A stretch of 64,000 nucleotides of DNA from Alphaproteobacteria bacterium (GTDB taxonomy: Bacteria > Pseudomonadota > Alphaproteobacteria > Bin95). The position numbers and the translations under genes were made by a program. Under the pieces are notes generated by a model. The model did not search any database. It was not told the DNA's origin and saw only the letters and a program-made list of their open reading frames with translations. Below are positions 43,239 to 53,840 of the stretch, one piece after another. Each line of letters opens with the position of its first letter. The first letter of the stretch is position 1. The DNA is taken from NCBI GenBank assembly GCA_964291285.2, contig OZ219786.1, forward strand, positions 896,001 through 960,000, in the 5' to 3' direction.

Positions 43239-43826
43239 ATGCCGAAACGCCTTGAATTCTGGTTCGATGTCGGCTCGCCGACCGCCTATCTCGCCCACAC
43301 GCAGATGCCCGGCATCGCCGAGCGCACCGGAGCGGAGATCGCCTGGAAGCCGATGCTTCTCGGCGGCGTCTTCAAGGAGACCGGCAACACGCCGCCGGGC
43401 ACCGTGGAGGCCAAGTCGGCCTATTACGGCATCGACCTGCCGCGCTTCGCCAAACGCTACGGCGTGCCGTTCCGGCGCAACCCGTTCTTCCCGATCATGA
43501 CGCTCGGGCTCATGCGCGGCTGCCTCGCCGCCCAGCGCGACGGATACTTCAAGACCTATGCCGACGCCGTGTTCACGGCGATGTGGGTCGAGGAGAAGAA
43601 CACGGGCGACCTCGACGTGCTGCGCGAGGTGCTCACGGCCGCCGGCCTCGACGCCGATGCGCTCTTCGCCGCCACGCAGGAGCCGGAGATCAAGCAACAG
43701 CTGATCGCTAATACCGAAGAGGCCGTGGCCCGCGGCGCGTTCGGCGCGCCCACTTTCTTCGTCGGCGACGAGATGTTCTTCGGCCAGGACCGGCTGGACT
43801 TCGTCGAGGAGGCGCTGGCCTCCTGA
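43239..43826 (+). CDS. 2-hydroxychromene-2-carboxylate isomerase / kappa-GST (DsbA-like) protein
   Basis: [25 protein letters not shown]. Confidence 0.9.
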   Translation: MPKRLEFWFDVGSPTAYLAHTQMPGIAERTGAEIAWKPMLLGGVFKETGNTPPGTVEAKSAYYGIDLPRFAKRYGVPFRRNPFFPIMTLGLMRGCLAAQRDGYFKTYADAVFTAMWVEEKNTGDLDVLREVLTAAGLDADALFAATQEPEIKQQLIANTEEAVARGAFGAPTFFVGDEMFFGQDRLDFVEEALAS

Positions 43827-43833
43827 CCCGGCG

Positions 43834-44538
43834 TCAGGGGCAGCCGAGCCGGTCCGCCAGATCGATGAAGTCGTCCGCGACCACGGTGAAGCCGGGGTCG
43901 GCCTCCAGATCTGTCATCTGGCCGGGGCCGTGTTCCGTCCGGCGGGGCACGAAGGCGGTCGCCATGCCCTGGGCGGCGGCGGCGTGCAGGTCGCCATTGT
44001 GGGCGGCCGTCATCATCACCTCTTCGGGCGCGAGGCCGAGCGCGGCGCAGCTCAGCCGGTAGGCGTCCGGCTGCGGCTTGTAGGCCCGCGCGACCTCCGC
44101 GCCCAGGATCGCGTCCCAGGGCAGCCGGGCATGGCGGGCCATGTTCACCATGAGCGCGATATTGCCGTTGGAGCAGGTGCCGATGATGTATTTGCGCCTG
44201 AGCCGCGAAAGGCCGAGCACCGCATCCGGCCACGGGTCGAGGCGGTGCCAGGCGCGGTTGAGGTCGTCCTTCTCGGCTTCGCTCAGGCCCGACACGCCGA
44301 ACTCGTCCAGCAGGGCCTCCAGGTTCTCCCGGTGGAGCACGTCGAGAATGGTGTAGGGCCTCGCCCCGCTGCGGACTTCCTCCATCGCGGGCTGGTAGCG
44401 GTCCCGCCAGCGCCGCGCGAAACCGTGCCAGTCAAGATCGTAGCCCCTGGGCGCCAGCGCCTTCCTCGCCTCCCGCGCCACCGAGCCCCGCCAGTCCACC
44501 ACCGTGCCGAACACATCGAACAGAAGCGCCTTCACCAT
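43834..44538 (-). CDS. Haloacid dehalogenase type II
   Basis: FDVFGTVVDW, WHRLDPWPD, SNGN, YKP, AAHNGDL. Confidence 0.92.
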   Translation of the reverse strand: MVKALLFDVFGTVVDWRGSVAREARKALAPRGYDLDWHGFARRWRDRYQPAMEEVRSGARPYTILDVLHRENLEALLDEFGVSGLSEAEKDDLNRAWHRLDPWPDAVLGLSRLRRKYIIGTCSNGNIALMVNMARHARLPWDAILGAEVARAYKPQPDAYRLSCAALGLAPEEVMMTAAHNGDLHAAAAQGMATAFVPRRTEHGPGQMTDLEADPGFTVVADDFIDLADRLGCP

Positions 44539-44672
44539 CGCCGGTCCTCCCCTCCGCAACCGCGCCGACAGACTGCCTCCGCGCCTCCGCGCCCGCAAGC
44601 GCGGGCCGTGCCGGCGGCAGGCGAAATGCGTTAGGCTGCGCGCGCCGGCGGCAGCGGGGGAAGAGCGGGGCG

Positions 44673-46028
44673 ATGCCAGTCTCCATCATCGACAGCGGAA
44701 TCTACGGGAACCTCTTCGGCTCGGACGCCATGCGGGCCGTGTTTTCCGAACGCGGGCAGGTGCAGAAGTGGCTGGACGTCGAGGCGGCGCTGGCGCGGGT
44801 GCAGGGGCGGCTCGGCATCGTCCCGGAAGAGGCCGCGGCCGAGATTTCCGCCAGGGCCGACGCGGACCTGATCGACATGGACCTCATGCGCGAGGAGGTG
44901 GACCGGGTCGGCTACGCCATCATGCCGCTGGTCCACCGCCTCGCCGCCCTCTGCGAGGGGGATGCGGGGCGCTACGTCCATTGGGGCACGACCACGCAGG
45001 ACATCAAGGACACGGGCGTCGTGCTCCAGATCCGCGACGCGCTGGTTCTCGTGGAAGCGGACCTGCTCGCCATTCGCGACGGGCTGGCACGTCTTGCGCG
45101 CGAGCACCGGGACACGCCGATGGCCGGGCGCTCGCATCTCCAGCACGCGCTGCCGATCACCTTCGGCTACAAGGCGGCGGTGTGGCTTGCGCCCGTCGAG
45201 CGGCATCTGGAGCGGCTCGACCAGCTCCGGCCGCGCGTGCTCACGGGCCAGTTCTCCGGCGCGGCCGGCACGCTCGCCTCGCTGCACGGACGCGGGCTGG
45301 AGGTCGCCGATGCGCTGATGGAGGAGCTCGGCCTCGCCCGGCCCGCCATCGCCTGGCACACGGCGCGCGACACCATCGCCGAGACGGTGGCTTTCCTCGC
45401 GCTCGTCACCGGCTCGCTCGCCAAGATCGCGACCGACGTGGTGCTGCTGACCGCAACCGAGACGGGCGAGGTGTTCGAGCCCTTCGCGCCCGGCCGCGGC
45501 GGGTCCTCCACCATGCCGCAGAAGCGCAACCCGGTTTCCAGCGAACTCATCCTCGCCTGCGCCAAGCAGGTGCAGAGCCGGGCCGCCCTCGTCATGGACG
45601 CGATGGCCGCCGACCTCGAACGCTCCACCGGCCCCTGGCATGTGGAATGGGCCGCGCTGCCGGAAGCCTTCGTGCTGGCCTCCGGCGCGCTCGCCCAGGC
45701 GCGGTTCCTCGTCGAGGGCCTGCGCGTCGATCCGGGCGCCATGCGCGCCAACATGGACCTGACGCGCGGGCTGATCGTCTCCGAGGCGGTGATGATGGGC
45801 CTTGCGCCTGCGCTCGGCCGGCAGGCGGCGCACGACCTCGTCTATGAGGCCTGCCGGATCGCCACCGACGAGCGCCGCGCCCTGCTCGACGTGCTGCTCG
45901 ACATGCCGGAGGTGACCGAAAAGCTCGACCGCGACGAACTCGCCCAACTCTGCGAGCCCGGCAACTATGTGGGCGAGGCGCCGGAGATGGTGGACCGCCT
46001 GCTCGCCGGGCTTGCGCCGCGCGGATGA
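44673..46028 (+). CDS. Adenylosuccinate lyase / 3-carboxy-cis,cis-muconate cycloisomerase family protein
   Basis: HWGTTTQD, GSSTMPQKRNP superfamily signature. Confidence 0.88.
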   Translation: MPVSIIDSGIYGNLFGSDAMRAVFSERGQVQKWLDVEAALARVQGRLGIVPEEAAAEISARADADLIDMDLMREEVDRVGYAIMPLVHRLAALCEGDAGRYVHWGTTTQDIKDTGVVLQIRDALVLVEADLLAIRDGLARLAREHRDTPMAGRSHLQHALPITFGYKAAVWLAPVERHLERLDQLRPRVLTGQFSGAAGTLASLHGRGLEVADALMEELGLARPAIAWHTARDTIAETVAFLALVTGSLAKIATDVVLLTATETGEVFEPFAPGRGGSSTMPQKRNPVSSELILACAKQVQSRAALVMDAMAADLERSTGPWHVEWAALPEAFVLASGALAQARFLVEGLRVDPGAMRANMDLTRGLIVSEAVMMGLAPALGRQAAHDLVYEACRIATDERRALLDVLLDMPEVTEKLDRDELAQLCEPGNYVGEAPEMVDRLLAGLAPRG

Positions 46029-46906
46029 GGGTGCCCGACCGGCACACCGCCGCCCGGAACAATGTCGTCGGCGCGCTCTGGATGTGCGCCACGGTGCTCT
46101 GCTTCATGGCGATGGCGGTCGCCGCGCGGCAGCTCTCGGACACCATGTCCACGGCGCAGATCATGGTGTTGCGGAGCTTCGTCGGCCTGTTTGCCGCCCT
46201 GCCGCTGGCGCTTGCCGCCGGGCGCATCGCGACGCGCCGGCCGCTGCTGCACCTCGCCCGCAACGGGGTTCATTTCGTCGGGCAGTTTGCCTGGTTCTAC
46301 GGCATCGCGATGCTGAGCCTCATCGACATGAGCGCGCTGATGGCGACCACGCCGATCTGGGCGACCCTGTTCGCGGTCGCCTTCCTCGGCGAGCGCGCGG
46401 GCTTCCGGCGCTGGGCGGTGATCGCACTCGGCTTCGCGGGCGTGCTGGTCATCCTGCGCCCCCATGCCGTGCCGGTCGAATGGGCGGCGCTGGTGTGCAT
46501 CTTCGGCGCCGCCGGCTATGCGGGCGCCAATGTGCTCTCCAAGGAGTTGATGCGCACCGACACGCCGATCCAGATCGTCCTCTGGATGCTGGTGATCCAG
46601 CTTCCGATCGCGGTGCTCGCCAATTGGGGCCAGTGGACGCCGGTCGTCTGGGAGGACGCCGGCTGGATCGCCATCGTCGGCTTCACGGGCGTGCTCGCGC
46701 ATCTCACCATGAACCAGTCCATCCGCCTCGGCGACATCTCGGTCGTGGTGCCGGTCACCTATATCCAGCTTCCGCTGCTGGGGCTGGTCGGCTTCGTGTT
46801 CTACCTGGAAGTCCCGGAAACGATGGTGCTCCTCGGCGCCGGCATGGTCGTCGCCGGCGCCTGGTGGAACCTTGCCGCCGAAACGCGGATCGCCCGGGGC
46901 CGGTGA
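46025..46906 (+). CDS. DMT/EamA family transporter
   Basis: About 10 TMs, FLGER..RRW...GF.GVLVILRP. Confidence 0.9.
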   Translation: MRVPDRHTAARNNVVGALWMCATVLCFMAMAVAARQLSDTMSTAQIMVLRSFVGLFAALPLALAAGRIATRRPLLHLARNGVHFVGQFAWFYGIAMLSLIDMSALMATTPIWATLFAVAFLGERAGFRRWAVIALGFAGVLVILRPHAVPVEWAALVCIFGAAGYAGANVLSKELMRTDTPIQIVLWMLVIQLPIAVLANWGQWTPVVWEDAGWIAIVGFTGVLAHLTMNQSIRLGDISVVVPVTYIQLPLLGLVGFVFYLEVPETMVLLGAGMVVAGAWWNLAAETRIARGR

Positions 46907-46915
46907 AGAGACGGG

Positions 46916-47743
46916 TCATCGGCCGGCCTGCACCATCACGATTCCGGCCGTGACGACCGCAAGGCCCGCGAGTTCCGGCCATGCGAGGCTCTCGCCGAGC
47001 AGCAGCGCGGAGAAGAGCGCGCCGAGCCCCGGCACAAGGCCCGCGAAGACGCCGGTGCGGCCCGCGCCCAGCACGCCGATGGCGTAGCAGTAGAGCCAGA
47101 TCGAGACGATGCCGCCCAGGATGCCATGGACGAAGGCCTGCCAGGCGAGGGAACCGAACGGAATCTCCAGCAGCCGGCTTTCCCCGAACAGGAAGAAGAG
47201 GGGCAGGAAGGCCGCCGTCGAAACCGTGCTCAGAATTGCCGCCGCGTGGAGCGGCGAGACCTCCGCCCGGCGCGCCGTCACCGTGTAGATGGCCCACATC
47301 CAGGCGCCCAGATGGAACAGCGCATAGCCGCCGAGGCCGCCCGGCGGCGCGTGTCCGAGCGCGGAGACGGCGGTGAGGCCCACGCCCGCCACGGTCAGCC
47401 CGACGCCGGCAAGCCGGAGCCCGCCGGCCCGCTCGCGGAGCAGCAGGATGCCGAGCAGTGCCGTCAGCGCCGGGAAGGTGCCGGGAATGAAGATCGCGGC
47501 ATGCGCGGCCGGGGCGTGGAGCAGGCCCGTGCCGAGCACCAGCGCGAAGGGAATGCCGATGGTTCCCGCCATCGCCACGGTTCCCCACCACCCCGCCTTG
47601 CCAGCCTTGAACCCCAGCCGGAGCGCAACCGGCAGCAGCAGCACGCCCGGCAGACCGACCCGGAGGATCGCCAGGTCTTCCGGGGTAATCGACTCGGTGA
47701 CGGAAAGCCGGGAGAGCGGAAACCACGCCCCCCAGAACACCAT
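46916..47743 (-). CDS. DMT/EamA family transporter (start may lie further upstream)
   Basis: About 10 TMs, LLRER and LLGE motifs. Confidence 0.85.
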   Translation of the reverse strand: MVFWGAWFPLSRLSVTESITPEDLAILRVGLPGVLLLPVALRLGFKAGKAGWWGTVAMAGTIGIPFALVLGTGLLHAPAAHAAIFIPGTFPALTALLGILLLRERAGGLRLAGVGLTVAGVGLTAVSALGHAPPGGLGGYALFHLGAWMWAIYTVTARRAEVSPLHAAAILSTVSTAAFLPLFFLFGESRLLEIPFGSLAWQAFVHGILGGIVSIWLYCYAIGVLGAGRTGVFAGLVPGLGALFSALLLGESLAWPELAGLAVVTAGIVMVQAGR

Positions 47744-47811
47744 CGCCAGAAGCGCGGCCGCGACGGCGCGCGCCTCGCGCCCTCCGGCGGGCCGGGTTGC
47801 CGCCTGCTGTG

Positions 47812-48753
47812 TCAGGCCGGATCGCGCCCGGCGAAGCGGCCCCGGACGCGGAAGCGGTCGAGATAGGTCGGGATGACGGTTTCGATATCCTTCGGCTCGA
47901 TGCCGAGATCGGCGAAGCCGGCCGCGGCCTCGGAGACGACATTGTCGTATTTCAGCGACTCAACCTGGTCCGGCGTGATCGGCGCGCCCGGCACGAACTG
48001 GATGAAGGCGGCCTTGGCCTGCATGACCTGGAACGGCACAGGCACCAGCAGGCGCTTGCGGCCGATCTCCTCCAGCAGCAATTCCATCAGCTGCCTGAAG
48101 CTGTAGGTCTTCGGCCCGCCGAGCTCGAACAGGCCGCCCGCCCGGTCGAGAGCCGCAATCGCGGCATCCGCCACATCGCCCACATAGGCCGGCTGGAAGC
48201 GTGTGAAGCCGCCTCCGACGAGCGGCAGCGCAGGCAGCAGCCGGGCCAGGAGCGCGAAGCGGTTGAAGAAGTCGTCCTCCGGTCCGATGATGAGGCTCGG
48301 CCTGAGAATCGCCGCATCGGGGAAGGCCTCGCGGACCGCCGCTTCGCCGGCGGCCTTGGAGCGGGCGTATGCCGCCGTGGACTCCGCATCCGCCCCGATA
48401 GCGGAGATATGCACGAGCCTGCCGGCGCCCGCCTCTGCCGCGGCGGAGGCGACTTCTCCCGCCCCGGCCGCATGGATGGCGCCGAAGGACTGCGCCCCCC
48501 GGCTGACCAGCACGCCGACGCAGTTGACGACGGCATCGACGCCCTCGACCGCCGCGCGCACGCTTTCCGGGTAGCGCAGATTGGCTTGCACCGGCACGAC
48601 CTGGCCGACGCCGCCCGCGGGCTTCAGGAACTTCGCCCTTTCCGGGTCCCGGCAAGCGACCCGGACACCCGCGCCCGCCGCCGCAAGCCGCTTGACGATG
48701 TAGCGCCCGACGAACCCGGCGCCGCCGAACACCGTTACCCGCATTCCCTGCAT
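47812..48753 (-). CDS. Complex I NDUFA9-family NAD(P)-binding protein
   Basis: TVFGGAGFVGRY, LKPAG.VGQ, YARSKAAGE, RFQP.YVGDVA. Confidence 0.92.
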   Translation of the reverse strand: MQGMRVTVFGGAGFVGRYIVKRLAAAGAGVRVACRDPERAKFLKPAGGVGQVVPVQANLRYPESVRAAVEGVDAVVNCVGVLVSRGAQSFGAIHAAGAGEVASAAAEAGAGRLVHISAIGADAESTAAYARSKAAGEAAVREAFPDAAILRPSLIIGPEDDFFNRFALLARLLPALPLVGGGFTRFQPAYVGDVADAAIAALDRAGGLFELGGPKTYSFRQLMELLLEEIGRKRLLVPVPFQVMQAKAAFIQFVPGAPITPDQVESLKYDNVVSEAAAGFADLGIEPKDIETVIPTYLDRFRVRGRFAGRDPA

Positions 48754-48864
48754 GACCGCTCCCGGACCCCGTCTGCGCAGCCGGCACGGAGTGTAGCGCA
48801 CGCCTTCCCGGCGGCAAAACGCTTCGCTACGCTGACGGCCGCAAACGCAGGGGGAGACCGCGTC

Positions 48865-50634
48865 ATGGCCGGGAAGCAGTTGCGCAGCCGGAATTGGTTC
48901 AACGACCCGCACGATCCGGGCATGACCGCCATGTATATCGAGCGATACATGAACTACGGCATCACGCGGGAGGAGCTGCAGTCCGGCAAGCCCATCGTCG
49001 GCATCGCGCAGACCGGCTCCGACCTTTCGCCCTGCAACCGCATCCACCAGACGCTGGCCGAGCGGATGCGCGCCGGAATCCGTGAGGCCGGCGGCATCGC
49101 CATCGAATTCCCGGTCCATCCGATCCAGGAGAGCGGGCGCAGGCCGACTGCCGCCATCGACCGGAACCTCGCCTATCTGGGCCTCGTCGAGGTGCTGCAC
49201 GGCTATCCCATCGACGGGGTTATCCTGACCACCGGCTGCGACAAGACCACGCCGGCGATGATCATGGCGGCGGCGACGGCGAACCTGCCGGCCATCTCGC
49301 TCAATGGCGGGCCGATGTTCAACGGCTGGTGGAAGGGCCGGCGCGTCGGCTCCGGCACCATCGTCTGGGAGGCGCGCAAGCTGCAGGCGGCGGGCGAGAT
49401 CGGCTATGAGGAGTTCATCGAGATGGTGGCCTCCTCCGCGCCGAGCCCCGGCCACTGCAACACCATGGGCACGGCCACGACGATGAACTCGCTCGCCGAG
49501 GCGCTCGGCATGTCGCTGCCGGGCTCGGCCGCGCCGCCCGCCCCGCACAAGGAGCGCGCGCAATACGCCTACGAGACCGGGCGGCGCATCGTCGCCATGA
49601 TCCACGAGGACCTTACGCCCGACCGCATACTGACCCGCGCCGCCTTCGAAAACGCCATCGCCGTCAACAGCGCCATCGGCGGGTCCACCAATGCGCCGAT
49701 CCACATCAACGCCATCGCGCGCCATATGGGCGTCGAGCTGGCGCTGGAGGACTGGCAGGACTGCGGCTACGACATCCCGCTGCTGGTCAACTGCCAGCCG
49801 GCCGGCGGCTATCTGGCCGAGGACTACCACCGCGCAGGCGGCGTGCCCGCCGTCATGGGCGAACTGCTGCGCGCCGGGAAGCTGAACCCGGATGCGCTTA
49901 CCGTCACCGGCAGGACAACCGCCGAAAATATCGGCGACGCCGCTCCGCTCGACGAGGATGTCATCCGGCCCTACGGGCAGCCGTTGAAGGAGCGCGCCGG
50001 CTTCGTCGTCATGGGCGGCAACCTGTTCGACGCCGCGGTGATGAAGACCAGCGTCATCTCCAAGGAGTTCCGCGCGCGCTTCCTGTCCAACCCCGACGAC
50101 CCCGATGCCTTCGAGGGCCGGGCCATCGTGTTCGACGGGCCGGAGGACTATCACGCGCGGCTCGACGACCCGGCGCTCGGCATCGACGGGACTTCCATCC
50201 TGGTGATGCGCGGGGCGGGGCCGGTCGGCTATCCGGGCTCGGCCGAGGTGGTCAACATGCAGCCGCCGGCAGCCCTCATCCGCCAAGGCGTCACCGAGCT
50301 GCCGACCATCGGCGACGGGCGCCAGTCCGGCACTTCGGGCAGTCCATCCATCCTGAACGCGAGCCCGGAGAGCGCGGTCGGCGGCAATCTCGCCATCCTG
50401 GAGACCGGCGACCGGCTGCGCGTGGACCTCCGCAAGCGCCGCGTAGACATCCTGCAGCCGGAAGAGGTGCTGGCCACCCGCCGCGCCGCCTACGACCCGC
50501 CGCCGCTGGAGAACCACACGCCCTGGGAAGAGCTCTACCGCAGCCATGTGGGCCAGCTTGCGGACGGCGGCTGCCTGGAATTCGCCACCCGCTACCACCG
50601 CGTCGCCGCCTCCCCGCCCCGTCACTCGCACTGA
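48865..50634 (+). CDS. IlvD/Edd-family dehydratase (sugar-acid dehydratase-like)
   Basis: SPCNR, GCDKTTP, GHCNTMGTA, GDGRQSGT. Confidence 0.93.
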   Translation: MAGKQLRSRNWFNDPHDPGMTAMYIERYMNYGITREELQSGKPIVGIAQTGSDLSPCNRIHQTLAERMRAGIREAGGIAIEFPVHPIQESGRRPTAAIDRNLAYLGLVEVLHGYPIDGVILTTGCDKTTPAMIMAAATANLPAISLNGGPMFNGWWKGRRVGSGTIVWEARKLQAAGEIGYEEFIEMVASSAPSPGHCNTMGTATTMNSLAEALGMSLPGSAAPPAPHKERAQYAYETGRRIVAMIHEDLTPDRILTRAAFENAIAVNSAIGGSTNAPIHINAIARHMGVELALEDWQDCGYDIPLLVNCQPAGGYLAEDYHRAGGVPAVMGELLRAGKLNPDALTVTGRTTAENIGDAAPLDEDVIRPYGQPLKERAGFVVMGGNLFDAAVMKTSVISKEFRARFLSNPDDPDAFEGRAIVFDGPEDYHARLDDPALGIDGTSILVMRGAGPVGYPGSAEVVNMQPPAALIRQGVTELPTIGDGRQSGTSGSPSILNASPESAVGGNLAILETGDRLRVDLRKRRVDILQPEEVLATRRAAYDPPPLENHTPWEELYRSHVGQLADGGCLEFATRYHRVAASPPRHSH

Positions 50635-50671
50635 GCGGCGGCGCAGCCCGGAGGCGGCCTGGCCCGCCAAT

Positions 50672-51388
50672 TCAGAAGGTGAGCTTCGCCGCGCCCATCA
50701 TGCGCATCGTGCGGCTGTCCTGGACCAGCAGCGCAACGCCGCCTGCCTCGTCCTGTCCGGTATCGACCTCGATCTCGCCCGCCATCGCCGCGCCGTCCCA
50801 TCGGCCAACCTCGACGATCTCGCGCACGACATTGCTGTAGCTCAGATGCCGGCCGGCGTTCTCGCCGCGCTCGATGTCCTGGTCGAGCTTGCGGGCGAAC
50901 CGCACCAGCTGGATGCGCGCTCCGCCCTCTCCCGCCGGCAGGGAATAGGCGAGACGGCCGGGTTCGCGCCACTCGAGACCGACCGCAACGCGCGCCGCTG
51001 CCAGCGCGTCCGCCTGGGCGATCGCCACCTTGATCCGTTCCGCATCGAAGCCGACCACGTCGTAGCGCCCGTCGATCACCATTTGCGGGGTATAGACATT
51101 GCGGCGGCCGAGCACCGGACTGTAGGCATATTGCCGCTCGGTCCCGTCCTTGGTGGCGAAGGGGTCCGGCCAGCCGAGGCGGTCCCAGTAGTTCACATGG
51201 AAGCCGAGCGCGACCACATCGTCCCGGTCCGCCAGATGGCCGAGGATGCGGTCCGCCGGCGGGCAGGACGAGCAGCCCTGCGAGGTGAAGAGTTCGACCA
51301 CCACCGGCTTCGAGGCGTCGGCCCAGGCGCCGGCGGCAGCAAGCAGGCCGGCCGCGGCGAGCAGCGCGCGGGCGAGAACGGCCCTCAT
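50672..51388 (-). CDS. DUF1223 secreted thioredoxin-like protein
   Basis: VVELFTSQGCSSCPPAD, YWD.LGW.DPF, YTPQMVIDG. Confidence 0.92.
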   Translation of the reverse strand: MRAVLARALLAAAGLLAAAGAWADASKPVVVELFTSQGCSSCPPADRILGHLADRDDVVALGFHVNYWDRLGWPDPFATKDGTERQYAYSPVLGRRNVYTPQMVIDGRYDVVGFDAERIKVAIAQADALAAARVAVGLEWREPGRLAYSLPAGEGGARIQLVRFARKLDQDIERGENAGRHLSYSNVVREIVEVGRWDGAAMAGEIEVDTGQDEAGGVALLVQDSRTMRMMGAAKLTF

Positions 51389-52074
51389 TCGAACACTGCC
51401 ACTGCGCGAATCGGGCTGCCGGTGCCGCCGCGGATCCTGAGCGGGAAGCCGATGAAGCGGAACCGCCCGCGTCCGATCACCGCCTCCAGGTTGGCGAGGC
51501 ACTCCATGTGGGTGATCCGGCGCTCGGCGCAGGCGCGGTGGGCGCGGAAGTTGAGCTCGCCTTCCGGCGCCGGGCTGACCGCCTCGACGCCGAACATGCC
51601 GATCCCCCTGTCGGCGAGCCAGTGGACCGCCTCCGTCGCGAGGCCCGGGAACTCGTGCCCGTAGGCGGGCGTGCCGAACATGCGCCGGTTGACGCCCATG
51701 GCGAGCAGCACGGTGTCGCCCTGGCGGATTTCCTCCCCGGACGCTTCGAGCGCGGCCTCCATCTCCGCCACCGTCACCGCATGGCGGGGCGGCGGCTCGC
51801 CGAGGTCGAGGCAGATGGCGGAGGTGTAGAAGCGCTCCAGCGCCATCCGGTCTATCGATTCCGCCTCCGGGTCGGGGTCGAAATGGCAGAAGGCATCGAC
51901 ATGGGTGCCGGAATGGTCCGACAGCGACATTGTCAGCGACTTCGAGGTGAAGTCGAAGCCGCCGGCGCTCTTGACCTCGGAATGGTCGTTCCAGACCGTC
52001 ACGACCACCGGCGGATGGGACGGGTGGTGGGCGGTGCGGTGGTAAAGCTCGCGGGAGAGGTCGACGAGTTCCAT
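51385..52074 (-). CDS. Cyclase family (kynurenine formamidase-like) metallohydrolase
   Basis: HSGTHVDA, GGTGSPIRAVA. Confidence 0.92.
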   Translation of the reverse strand: MELVDLSRELYHRTAHHPSHPPVVVTVWNDHSEVKSAGGFDFTSKSLTMSLSDHSGTHVDAFCHFDPDPEAESIDRMALERFYTSAICLDLGEPPPRHAVTVAEMEAALEASGEEIRQGDTVLLAMGVNRRMFGTPAYGHEFPGLATEAVHWLADRGIGMFGVEAVSPAPEGELNFRAHRACAERRITHMECLANLEAVIGRGRFRFIGFPLRIRGGTGSPIRAVAVFE

Positions 52075-52919
52075 CAGACCGGCCTGTCCCCTTCCAGCGT
52101 CACCCGGTGCATGGAGCGGCGGTGGCCCTGATAGTCGTTGAGCGCGTAATGCTGCGTGCAGCGGTTGTCCCAGAAGGCGATCGACCCCCGCTCCCACCGG
52201 AAGCGGCAGGTGAACTCCGGGCGCGCCGCGTGGCGGTAGAGATAGTCGAGCAGCGGCCGGCTCTCCTCCACCGTCCAGCCGTCGATCCGCCGCGTGAACG
52301 CCCCGTTGACGAACAGGCACTTGCGGCCGGTTTCGGGATGGGTGCGCACGACGGGGTGGCTGCTCTCGACGGTCTCGTCCACCTCGTTGAGCTTGGTGGT
52401 GCGAATCGCATTGGCGGCGTCGCGGCGGGCCTTGTTCGTGAAGATGTCGGAGCTGTGGATCGCGCGCAGCCCCTCCAGCATTTCCTTCATGCCGTCGGAC
52501 AGCACCTCCCAGGCACGGTACTGGCTGGCGAACATGGTGTCGCCGCCCGCCGGCGGCACTTCGAGCGCATAGAGGATCGAGCCCAGCGCCGGCTCCGGCA
52601 GGTAGGTGACGTCGGAATGCCAGACGCCGCCGATATTGCCGGTCGCCTCGGGCTCCTTCAGCACGGGCAGAATCTCGGGATGCCCCGGCAGCGACTCGTA
52701 ATAGCCGTGGATGTTGAGGTCGCCGAACCGCCGGCCCAGCTCCTTGTGGCTGTCGGGGTCGAGCTTCTGGCCGCGGAAGAAGATCACCTGGTGATCGAGG
52801 AACGCCCGGCGCAGGATGTCCACCTGCTCACCCGAGAGGCGTTCGGCGAGATCGACGCCGCCGACTTCCGCGCCGAGCGCGCCCGCCACCGGCCGAACCT
52901 CTATGCTGTTGGACTTCAT
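52074..52919 (-). CDS. TauD/TfdA family 2-oxoglutarate dioxygenase
   Basis: WHSD, GGDT, HPVVRTHPETG, WDNRCTQH. Confidence 0.95.
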   Translation of the reverse strand: MKSNSIEVRPVAGALGAEVGGVDLAERLSGEQVDILRRAFLDHQVIFFRGQKLDPDSHKELGRRFGDLNIHGYYESLPGHPEILPVLKEPEATGNIGGVWHSDVTYLPEPALGSILYALEVPPAGGDTMFASQYRAWEVLSDGMKEMLEGLRAIHSSDIFTNKARRDAANAIRTTKLNEVDETVESSHPVVRTHPETGRKCLFVNGAFTRRIDGWTVEESRPLLDYLYRHAARPEFTCRFRWERGSIAFWDNRCTQHYALNDYQGHRRSMHRVTLEGDRPV

Positions 52920-52979
52920 GGCGTTCCTCCCCTATCACTCCGGCCGGACCTTACTCTATCACGCTCTCAGCAACCAAGC

Positions 52980-53840
52980 ATGACGATGCCCGAACTCCAG
53001 GGCCGCCTCGACCGGGCGGCCCGGCGCCATGAGACGCCCTGCGGCGACGGCCATATGGTCTGGCGCGAATGGGGCGCCGGGCGCACCGTGCTGCTGCTGC
53101 ACGGCTCCTTCGGCGCCTGGACGCACTGGCTGCGCAATATCGAGGCGCTGGCGGCGCATTTCCGGGTGCTGGCCTGCGACCTGCCGGGCATGGGCGAGAG
53201 CGACCTGCCGCCGATGCCGTTCGATGCGGGCAGCCTCGCGGATATCCTGACGGAAGGACTGGAGCAACTCGCGCCGGAGCCGTTCCATCTTGTCGGCTTT
53301 TCCTTCGGCGGCATCGTCGGCGGCCATGTGGCGGTTCGCACCATGCCGCGCGTGATGAGCTACACCGCCATCGGCTCGAACGCGCTCGGCCTACCGATGG
53401 CCGCCAGGGCGCCGCTGCGCAAGCCCAACAGGACAATGAGCGAGGTGGAAATCCTCGATCTCCACCGCCACAATCTCGGCCTCCAGATGTTCGGCGACCC
53501 CGCGAGGATCGACGCCACAGCACTTACAGTCCAGAACGCCAATACGCGCCGGGCGCGCATCCGCTCCGGCAAGATTCCCGCCGGGGACAGCCTCGCCCGG
53601 CGGCTGCGCGAGATGGCTGCCGCCGGCCTGCCGATCCAGGGCATCTGGGGCGAGCGCGACGCCACGGCCGGCGACCTGCTTCATACACGGCGCGACCTGT
53701 TCCGGGCCGTGCAGCCCGGCTGCCCCTTCCATACCGTTCCCGGCGCCGGCCACTGGGCCGCGTTCGAGGCGCCGGACGAAGTGAACCGAATCCTGATCGA
53801 CAGCCTGCCCGCCATGGAGGTCCCCGCGTGCACGCCCTAG
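52980..53840 (+). CDS. Alpha/beta fold hydrolase
   Basis: LLHG, DLPGMGES, GFSFG nucleophile elbow, GAGHW. Confidence 0.92.
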   Translation: MTMPELQGRLDRAARRHETPCGDGHMVWREWGAGRTVLLLHGSFGAWTHWLRNIEALAAHFRVLACDLPGMGESDLPPMPFDAGSLADILTEGLEQLAPEPFHLVGFSFGGIVGGHVAVRTMPRVMSYTAIGSNALGLPMAARAPLRKPNRTMSEVEILDLHRHNLGLQMFGDPARIDATALTVQNANTRRARIRSGKIPAGDSLARRLREMAAAGLPIQGIWGERDATAGDLLHTRRDLFRAVQPGCPFHTVPGAGHWAAFEAPDEVNRILIDSLPAMEVPACTP